A DNA stretch of 61,986 nt, the filler included. It is 10 parts of 10 records of this genome, joined end to end, with 100 filler letters (N's around TTAATTAATTAA, not from the genome) between each part and the next. Parts side by side here need not be neighbours in the genome. Positions count along the whole stretch, not along the records: positions 48,733 to 56,458 come from SRR7504441_5266; positions 56,559 to 61,986 come from SRR7504441_5271; 8 more parts are not named here. One strand, given 5' to 3'. Under the pieces are notes generated by a model. That model saw nothing but the letters and a program-made list of their open reading frames with translations. It had not been told where the DNA came from and ran no database searches. Shown here piece after piece: positions 54,765 to 61,986 of this stretch (positions are counted from its first letter, which is position 1; every line of letters begins with the position of its first letter). The translations under genes were made by a program, and so were the position numbers.

Positions 54765-56363
54765 TTACACGCACTTCCCTCCGCTGGCGCACTTGCCAGC
54801 CGGGCACTTGCACTTCGGCCAGACGCATTGGGCATTTCGCCACGAGTAGCAACTCGACCACCAGCAGGTGCCTCCGGTGTTGGTGTTGCACGGCGGGGTG
54901 GGCGCCGGGGTCGGCGGTGGTGGGGTCGGCGGTGGGGTGGGGGGGGCAGCGCCGGCCGGGCCGCAGTTGGCTTCAGTGGTCTTCATGATCTTCTCCTTGG
55001 CCCTTGGGTGGAAGTGCATGTTGAGGTTTGCGACTCCGCCACACAGGTGACAGTAGCTCATGATTGTGCCCTTGACACACTTGGGGCTGTTGCGCGATAC
55101 AGGCCCAACATTGCTCCCACCTTGCTTGCATTGGGCCTCAGTGAAACCTTCCCGACACGAGACACATTCATCAATCGGCGGGTCGTAGTCGTGACTATGC
55201 CCAGATCCAAAGTTGTGCCCGAGCTCGTGAGCTGTCACTTCCAAATCCCAGTTGAAGGCGCTCGAATGTTGCTCGCCCTTCCACTGGCCTCGGAGCGACG
55301 AGACTCCAACGTTGTAGCTCTTTCTGCAGACTGTGCCCAGGTAGGCCACCCCGCCCTCTTGGATTCCTGTCATCAGGTGGGCCACATCATAATCTTGGGT
55401 CGGCGGGCGGTCCTTCCAATAGGTGCGGTAATCGGTTAAAGAATTGACCCCAGAGTCAAACGAGCTAGCTGAGTTCCAGTACTTGACGTAGCTGATCTTG
55501 AGCCCACGGCCGAGGTCGCGCTGGTAAATCACTGACACGCCGGCGATCAGCGCAGCCATATATTCCTGGGCGTTGGACCCTTGCCCCGACCCGGGCGCGT
55601 GCTGGTTCAGCCGGGCGACACACCGCTGGTCGCAATCAATCGCAAGGTTGATATAGTACTTATTCCCGACCCCCGACTGGGTCTGGGCCATCTCGTCTTC
55701 TGGCGGGTCAAGAACAGTAGCGAGCCGCTGTGTTTTGGGCGGCTCGAGCTCATCCGGAGCTCCGGCATCATGTCTGGCAATCATCTTGTCCAGCTTCTCG
55801 ACCGGATCCTCGTCGCTAGCCTCGAGCAGCACCGAGTGTCCGTCCGGGTCCCTCTCCAGAGAGAACTGGCCCTTGCCCGTGGTGACCATCCCCATCGAGC
55901 CCGCAGGCCCGATGTTGAGCAAAACGAACGAGGACGGGTCGTGCGCGATGCTCCCGTGCAAGTGCACCATCTTGGGTTGCTCGAGCTTGGTGAGGCTCCC
56001 ATCCCGGTTGGCTAGCTCCATGATCGCGTCCTCTGTGAAGACCTCCACCCGCTTGAGAATCAGTTGGCCCGGCGAGTCCGGGTCGGCATGCAGATGCTTT
56101 GGGAGAAAGCTCGGCATCGTGACCTGCCCGTGCTGCTCGAGCTGCTCGAACATCTGCACGAACGAGTCCTTGTCGAACCCGAGCCTGACAGGCCCGGTCT
56201 GCGCACCGTCCTGGACAAACAGCGGCGAGCGGACCGCCAGGCCCGCCTTGGACTCGGCCGGCGCCTCGGTCCACTCATCCTCCGAGCTCTGAGCCCCGAA
56301 GCTAGGGGCTGCTAGAAAGAAGCACACAGCCACGAGGAGGCGCAGCAGCGTCTTCATGGCCAT
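54765..56363 (-). CDS. secreted zinc metalloprotease, M12B/reprolysin-like, with Cys-rich tail
   Basis: Signal peptide; HELGHNFGSGH zinc motif; GTIMSYCH Met-turn; PT-rich linker; intronless. Confidence 0.88.
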   Translation of the reverse strand: MAMKTLLRLLVAVCFFLAAPSFGAQSSEDEWTEAPAESKAGLAVRSPLFVQDGAQTGPVRLGFDKDSFVQMFEQLEQHGQVTMPSFLPKHLHADPDSPGQLILKRVEVFTEDAIMELANRDGSLTKLEQPKMVHLHGSIAHDPSSFVLLNIGPAGSMGMVTTGKGQFSLERDPDGHSVLLEASDEDPVEKLDKMIARHDAGAPDELEPPKTQRLATVLDPPEDEMAQTQSGVGNKYYINLAIDCDQRCVARLNQHAPGSGQGSNAQEYMAALIAGVSVIYQRDLGRGLKISYVKYWNSASSFDSGVNSLTDYRTYWKDRPPTQDYDVAHLMTGIQEGGVAYLGTVCRKSYNVGVSSLRGQWKGEQHSSAFNWDLEVTAHELGHNFGSGHSHDYDPPIDECVSCREGFTEAQCKQGGSNVGPVSRNSPKCVKGTIMSYCHLCGGVANLNMHFHPRAKEKIMKTTEANCGPAGAAPPTPPPTPPPPTPAPTPPCNTNTGGTCWWSSCYSWRNAQCVWPKCKCPAGKCASGGKCV

Positions 56364-56558
56364 GAGGCGCGAGATGCAGCTTCGTTAAAAGTACGGATTC
56401 TTTGTCCCGGCAGATAAAAGAATACGTGCACGTTCAAATAATTCACTGTCCCGAGCTCNNNNNNNNNNNNNNNNNNNNNNNNNNNNNNNNNNNNNNNNNN
56501 NNTTAATTAATTAANNNNNNNNNNNNNNNNNNNNNNNNNNNNNNNNNNNNNNNNNNNN

Positions 56559-58571
56559 GCAGAGATCAGGACTCGAATGGCTGCTTTGGCCTCCGAGAAG
56601 CAGAAGCTGTTGGCAGACAAAAACAGGCTGGAAGCTCAGATCAACGAGGCGCAAATGGAGCTAGGCAACGAACAGGAGGCGGACGAAGAGGAAGAGATGA
56701 ATGAAGAAGACGAGAGAGCAGCGCGCCTGGAACAGCAGCTAATGTCACTCACTCAGGAACGCGAGGAGCTTGTGATGGCCAAGCAGCAGCTCGAGTCGCA
56801 GATCATCCAGGCACAAGATGATCTGGTCGAAGAGAAGGGCGAGATCGCCGAGCTGCTCGAAACTGGGAACACTGCATCTGCAGAGCAGCTGGGCGTGATG
56901 GCTGAAGCCGAGCGCATTGTGAACGACCCCAACGTCCCAGAGGCAATGAAAGCCGATGTCCGACAAATGCTTGGTCAGCTAGAATCTGCACGGTCAGAAA
57001 TGGCGACCGCTGCCCAGTCTCTGTCGCGGCTAAGAGAGGACACCGAAGAGGAAGAAAGCAAGCTGTTTGAATCTCAGAGATCTAATGATGGGGCAGTTAC
57101 TCTCAAGTGGGAGAAGGGCGGTCCTCTTGGACTGAGCATCATGAAAAAAGAGACTGAGCAAGGCGAGCGGGTTATTGTCTCTGGAAGGACTGACGAGCGC
57201 ATCCCGCTCTCACTTGTTGGACTGGTGGTTGCGAAGGTGAACGGTCAACCTGTTCAACAAGCTAGCTTCGATTCTGTGCGCAGGATGCTTGATGACCGTC
57301 CCATCACTCTTTCATTTGAGCCGCTAGCCAGCCAGGAACCCATGCAAGAGCTCGTAGACGAGCGCCAGGAGGTCGAAGCCGAGACTGCCGCTCTGATTTC
57401 TCAGCTGGCTGAAGCCGAGGCCGAGCGCGACAGGCTCATGGCGATGCGCAGCAGGCTGGAGACTTCTATCTCTGCTGCCCAACAGGAGCCAGAGAAGGAG
57501 GAGCCGCAGCAGGAGGGACCAGAGCAGCAACTGGCCCGGCTGCACAAGGAGCGCGAGATGTTGATGGCAGCCAGGGCGGACCTGCAGCAGAGCGCGGCCT
57601 CAGGCATGTCGATTGAGGACTGGCAGCGCAAGTGGGAGGGCAACACACTCACCACGGTCAACAAGCCTCGGCCCACACCGCTGGACGTCTCGAGTCAGCA
57701 GCCGCGCGCCGTTGGCAGCGTTGGGACCGGTGAGGAAGGAGTCATGCTGGACCAAATCTCTCAGCTGTCGGTGGCAGAGAAGCAGGAGATGGTAAAGGAG
57801 CTCTCGCTGCTCGAGTCGGTCCAGAGACTCACCAACCAGCAGCGGGCGCAATTCTCGCAGCACCTAACGCAAGCCCAAGACCCGGATGCGTCTAGACTCA
57901 CTGCACAGAAGTTTGCCGAGATCCAGGAGCTGTGCGCGGCCGTGGTTAAGAGCGACGTGTCTCCCGAGGCTAAGGCCAAGATTCAGTCCATTCTCGACTC
58001 ACTCTCCTCTGAGTTCCCTGATCTCCAGAGCCCAGCACCGCTGCACCGCACCCCTCCGGCAACCGTGCCCACAATGACAACCAAAGGCAGCGACCCAGCA
58101 CAGGCATCGCCGCCATCGCCCAACGCACCGCCGTCGGCCAATGTGTCCATGTTGATGGGGCACCTCCAATCGCTCCAGTCCAGCCTGGACCAGCTTAGAA
58201 TCCCAACAGAAGCCGAGGCTCTCCGGGCCACCCTGGCGAGGCTCGAGATGATGCCACAACCGGCCACTAGCCCACCCACGGCCGATCCCCGGGTCGAGCT
58301 GCTCAGACCGAGTCCGCCGCTCACCCCGATCCATTCGATGGTCCCAGCTCACCCGAACATGATGGCCTCACATCCGTCGCCGTTCCTAGCCTCACCCTAT
58401 GTATTCCCGGCGGCGGTGAGTCCTGCACAACCAGCTAGTGTCCAACCAGAGGTCGCCAGTAGGTTGCAGCAGCTGCAGCGGCAGCAGGCCGAGCTTGCTC
58501 AGCTGAATCAAGCTATCAACTCAAGCCGACAAGCAATCCCAAGTCCGCTTCGCAGCCCTCGAGAGATGTAA
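56559..58571 (+). CDS. coiled-coil protein with PDZ-like domain and Pro-rich tail; probably 5' truncated
   Basis: E/Q-rich heptads; GGPLGLSI..VVAKVNGQPV..RPITLSF PDZ pattern at about 57090-57325. Confidence 0.7.
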   Translation, partial: AEIRTRMAALASEKQKLLADKNRLEAQINEAQMELGNEQEADEEEEMNEEDERAARLEQQLMSLTQEREELVMAKQQLESQIIQAQDDLVEEKGEIAELLETGNTASAEQLGVMAEAERIVNDPNVPEAMKADVRQMLGQLESARSEMATAAQSLSRLREDTEEEESKLFESQRSNDGAVTLKWEKGGPLGLSIMKKETEQGERVIVSGRTDERIPLSLVGLVVAKVNGQPVQQASFDSVRRMLDDRPITLSFEPLASQEPMQELVDERQEVEAETAALISQLAEAEAERDRLMAMRSRLETSISAAQQEPEKEEPQQEGPEQQLARLHKEREMLMAARADLQQSAASGMSIEDWQRKWEGNTLTTVNKPRPTPLDVSSQQPRAVGSVGTGEEGVMLDQISQLSVAEKQEMVKELSLLESVQRLTNQQRAQFSQHLTQAQDPDASRLTAQKFAEIQELCAAVVKSDVSPEAKAKIQSILDSLSSEFPDLQSPAPLHRTPPATVPTMTTKGSDPAQASPPSPNAPPSANVSMLMGHLQSLQSSLDQLRIPTEAEALRATLARLEMMPQPATSPPTADPRVELLRPSPPLTPIHSMVPAHPNMMASHPSPFLASPYVFPAAVSPAQPASVQPEVASRLQQLQRQQAELAQLNQAINSSRQAIPSPLRSPREM

Positions 58572-58869
58572 GCAAGCGGCAATGTGCTCACTAACTCTAA
58601 TCCTCTTGAATTGTGGGCGAATTAATTTTAATCTATACACGTTTAAAACATATTATCGTATCTATGTCCAGATCTCCGCCCTCGTACTACCCTCGCACCT
58701 ATTCATTCTATTGTTTTACCTGCGGGGTACCAGGTAACCGGTAGTCTACTTGTAATATTCGTTCCCTCAATAACCCTCAACACATGTCAGTCCTCGGTTG
58801 CTTTTCTATATTTGACCCTGACCGGACAATAACTCGGCCAGCGTCCGGGCGCCCTGTGACGCAGAGAGC

Positions 58870-59946
58870 ATGGGCATCTTTGGCAGCTCCGACCCGCCAC
58901 CCAGCGTGCACGAGCGGTACAAGGCCGGCTCGCCCGCCGCACTCGCTTGGTTTCGGCGGCCGCTCGACGGCGGCGACAAGCCGGCCGACTGTTTCTACCT
59001 GCACCCGACCACAGCTCTGGGTCTGTTCAGCTACAACACCGAGTGGGACAACTACGCGACTGGGGAGCAACTAACAGGGATGGCCGCGGGCACTCCGGAC
59101 CTGTGGGAGACGCAAGCCGGCTGCATGGAGGCTTCGTGCAACGTCTGGGCTCCCCGGTACAGTCAGGTAGGCTTGGCCGGACTGGGGGCCGCGACTCCAG
59201 ACCAGAGCGAGGCCAAGCTGGCCGCGTTCGTCGAGGCGCTGGCTGTGGCCACGGAGGACGCCAAGGCGGCGTTCACAGCGTTCTTGGAAGAAAGGCCCGA
59301 CCCGGCGCGGCCGTTTGTGGTGCTGGCGCACTCGCAGGGATCGATTGTGATGACCAAGCTGATCCAGCAGGTGCTAGTGGGCCACGCGCAGCAGCCGCGG
59401 TTTGTGGCTGCCTACCTGGCCGGCGGGTACATTCCTACCGACCTGGTGCCTCAGCTTGGTGGCGAGATTCACGTGTGCTCCGGGCCGACGGATAGCAACT
59501 GCATCATCTCGTATGATACCCGGACCAAGGCTCTGTGGGAACCGGCGGGGCTGCATGCCGGCATGCTCGCGCTCTGGCCCCACCTTCTATACTATCACTA
59601 TTTCGACAAGTACTGCGATCATCCGGCCGATGTGAAAGATCCAGAGAGCAAGCCCCGCGTCCAGGTCAACCCGCTCAGCTGGAAGTCGGTTGGCGGTCCG
59701 GGCAGCGGATACCTCGGGGCCAAGCAGTTTGGACATGCCGATCCGGTCCTGCCAGCTGACGAGGCCTGGGGTGCGGCGGTGAGTGTGTCGGATCACTGCC
59801 TGTGGGTGGACGACCCGAGACCGTGGCTGCATAACAACGACGCCGGTCCGGCGGCCGGCGACGGGAATCTGCACCCCGTGGACGTCTCGCTCTGGCATTA
59901 CAATATTCAGGCTAATGTGGCCGAGAGGCTGAGCGCTTTTACTTAG
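58870..59946 (+). CDS. DUF3089-family alpha/beta hydrolase
   Basis: DCFYLHPTT, WAPRYSQ, PFVVLAHSQG nucleophile elbow, VNPLSW, LHPVD; intronless. Confidence 0.85.
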   Translation: MGIFGSSDPPPSVHERYKAGSPAALAWFRRPLDGGDKPADCFYLHPTTALGLFSYNTEWDNYATGEQLTGMAAGTPDLWETQAGCMEASCNVWAPRYSQVGLAGLGAATPDQSEAKLAAFVEALAVATEDAKAAFTAFLEERPDPARPFVVLAHSQGSIVMTKLIQQVLVGHAQQPRFVAAYLAGGYIPTDLVPQLGGEIHVCSGPTDSNCIISYDTRTKALWEPAGLHAGMLALWPHLLYYHYFDKYCDHPADVKDPESKPRVQVNPLSWKSVGGPGSGYLGAKQFGHADPVLPADEAWGAAVSVSDHCLWVDDPRPWLHNNDAGPAAGDGNLHPVDVSLWHYNIQANVAERLSAFT

Positions 59947-60129
59947 CTTTTATTTAGCTTTTGCTGGTGCGAAACATTACTTAATATCATCAAATAAGCG
60001 CTCGATAGTCGTCTCGTTGCTATCAACTCCTAGCTGCAGCGACCACGACGCTACTACACGGAATCGTTAAATACGAGATCGTCGATTTAAGTGTTAAACA
60101 AAACATTTCTTAATTAATTTCTTGTGGAG

Positions 60130-61059
60130 TCATTCACTTCGGGATCTCGCAAGTGCTTGAACGCCCTGCACAAATCGGCTCGGCCTGCCACGGCCCCGGG
60201 CCGTCACCAGGCATACACTTGCTCGAACACCTCCAGCCTCTGAGCACCCTACGGCCCAGCTTAGCCAGCACACCACGAAGCTCACCTCTTCGCAGAATGC
60301 AAGGAACTGACCAAAACTAAACCCGCTCGCCGGAATCGCCTCGCCGCTGGCCGATCGGCCGGCCTCCAGGTGCAGCAGCTCGGCCATCTCCACCAGTTGC
60401 CTGCCCGCGCTGGTCAGGCCGCGCGAGCGCCCCGCGCACCTCGGCTCGCTGCTGCTAGGCGTGCGGCCGGCCCACCACTGCCGAGCCACCCAGAGGCAGA
60501 ACGGGCCGGCGTCCTCGCTGGCCCGGAGCACCGCGTGCCGGGCCTCGGCCAGGTTGTGCAGCAGGCCCGGTCCAATCATCTCCCGCTTCCAACGGGCCAT
60601 CAGCAGCCGGCCGGCGGACCACTCTAGGTATATCCGGCGCACCGCCCGCTCGAGCTGGTCAACCGACATGCTCGCCCCATCGGCCGGCCCGAACCGGCAG
60701 ACGAGCATCTGGACGTCCCACTGGCGCAGCCTGAGCGAGCAGCCCGGGGAGGCCAACTTGTCCACAAGGCGCTGCCACAGGAGCACAGCCCCAATTCGCT
60801 CAAGCCTACCAGCCCAGCCGGGGTCGCCCTCTTGCATCAGCTTTAGCGCGGTCTCAGTCGCCTCATTGTAGCTGAGCGACTGCCGCAAAGACCAGCAGCA
60901 GAGCATTCCACTGGGTATCGGTGGGTTGGTGGCCGGCGGGGCCTCCAGTTGGGCGAGGTGAGGCTCGGACCCGGGGACCTCGGTGGCCTTGATCACGGCG
61001 CAGCAGGTCGATCTGCTCTCCTCCCGGCTCTGGCAGCAGTTGGTTCCCACGGCCCCCAT
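60130..61059 (-). CDS. hypothetical protein with probable N-terminal acylation motif
   Basis: MGAVGTNCCQ start; the ORF probably contains in-frame short introns; head-to-head with the next gene. Confidence 0.45.
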   Translation of the reverse strand: MGAVGTNCCQSREESRSTCCAVIKATEVPGSEPHLAQLEAPPATNPPIPSGMLCCWSLRQSLSYNEATETALKLMQEGDPGWAGRLERIGAVLLWQRLVDKLASPGCSLRLRQWDVQMLVCRFGPADGASMSVDQLERAVRRIYLEWSAGRLLMARWKREMIGPGLLHNLAEARHAVLRASEDAGPFCLWVARQWWAGRTPSSSEPRCAGRSRGLTSAGRQLVEMAELLHLEAGRSASGEAIPASGFSFGQFLAFCEEVSFVVCWLSWAVGCSEAGGVRASVCLVTARGRGRPSRFVQGVQALARSRSE

Positions 61060-61153
61060 AGATCGCTAGTTCCGACTCATTCCGGCCTCCTTCCCGGGCC
61101 AGAAGCGAAGCCGTTGCAGCTAGACAGACACGTGCCACTGCAGCTGACAGCAG

Positions 61154-61775
61154 ATGGACGGGGACGACGACATCCTCTTTGGCGACGACCCAGCAGGTTG
61201 TGGCCCGCACGGGCTGCCGGCTCACCCCGTGGGCGGCAGTGCAGCCGGAAGTGCCACCGGAGGAGGCAGCGGGTGAGCCAATCGAGGCGGCCAGGAGGGC
61301 CGCTGAGACGGCCGCAGCGATCAGAAAGACCTACGAGGATGCGGCCGCGGAGGCCGAGATGGCTGCAGAGTGCGGCCTCAATGCCGAGGAGCTGGCATGG
61401 CTGGATGAGGCCGCAGCCGACGCCAAAGTCAGCAAGCTGGTCGAGACGGTCGCAGGGGCCGCGCCAGCTGCACCGCTCTCCAGCAGGGAGCCCGAGCCGG
61501 AGCCAGAATGGTCCACCGAGCTCGACGCGCACTTGTCGGACGTTGCTCAGGCTCCGGCAGTCGCAGCGAGCCAACGCGATGCGGCAATGGTCGGCGCCGG
61601 GGACGCGGAGCAGGCGCTGAGGTGCGGGACGGCGCTGGGCGTGCTGCTGGGCGCGTTTGGCGTGCTGGCAGTCCAGCGGCTGCGGAGCCACGTGGGGCAC
61701 CCAGCAGCCGGGTACGGGCCTCTCTGTTTCGGGACGGGTTTTCTGGCGGGGCTGAAGATAATACGAAACCTTTGA
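61154..61775 (+). CDS. hypothetical acidic protein with C-terminal hydrophobic segments, one probable intron
   Basis: MDGDDDILFGDDPA, then a GT-AG intron near 61197-61238 joins the 61179-61775 frame. Confidence 0.5.
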
Positions 61776-61986
61776 GCCCGGAAGAGGAGCACGGCTGGAG
61801 GTAGGCGTGCTATAGGCGTCCCAGGGTGTTCGCCGCCTTGACCAATCGTCGCGGGCATCACCCCGGCAATCTTTAGTCGTTTCTATACATACTCGTACTA
61901 TACTCGCTTGAAAAATGAACTAGGCAAAGTTATGATTGTACTGTAGTTCTGAGATATCGATTAGTTCTGAGATCATCTGACACCAC

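Noticed and set aside
1-61986. Non-standard genetic code or selenocysteine readthrough
   Set aside because: The in-frame stops I examined fall inside plausible introns; TAA, TAG and TGA all end genes; no TGA was seen at a conserved Cys position.
1-61986. Prokaryotic operon, defence island, CRISPR array, transposase or viral genes
   Set aside because: None recognised; genes are spliceosomal and eukaryotic, and neighbours across spacers are unlinked.

Overview
Eukaryotic (protist-like, GC-rich, gene-dense) DNA made of 10 contigs joined by nine artificial 100-bp spacers (N44-TTAATTAATTAA-N44), so adjacency across spacers means nothing. The lineage cannot be fixed from this window. It holds one tRNA-Asp and about 30 protein genes, including a dynamin-related GTPase, an Orai-like channel, panB, a methyltransferase-GT15 fusion, ADAL, an SLC19-like carrier, Nup160, a NifS/Sec-lyase enzyme, a type II H+-PPase, a WW-HECT ligase, SPX-EXS, SUV3, a kinase with three TIR-like domains, a multi-module glycosidase, an M12B protease and DUF3089. 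Gene models were spliced by hand and boundaries are approximate. Most notable: (1) very uniform ~36-42-nt introns, with a frequent AG|GCGCC donor class; (2) a PDZ domain inside Nup160 bounded exactly by phase-0 splice signals; (3) a ~370-nt, G-U-rich structured RNA in a panB intron and a second structured long intron in the H+-PPase gene; (4) a YAACGG Myb-type motif near most gene starts, often in ~100-bp bidirectional promoters; (5) unusual domain architectures.
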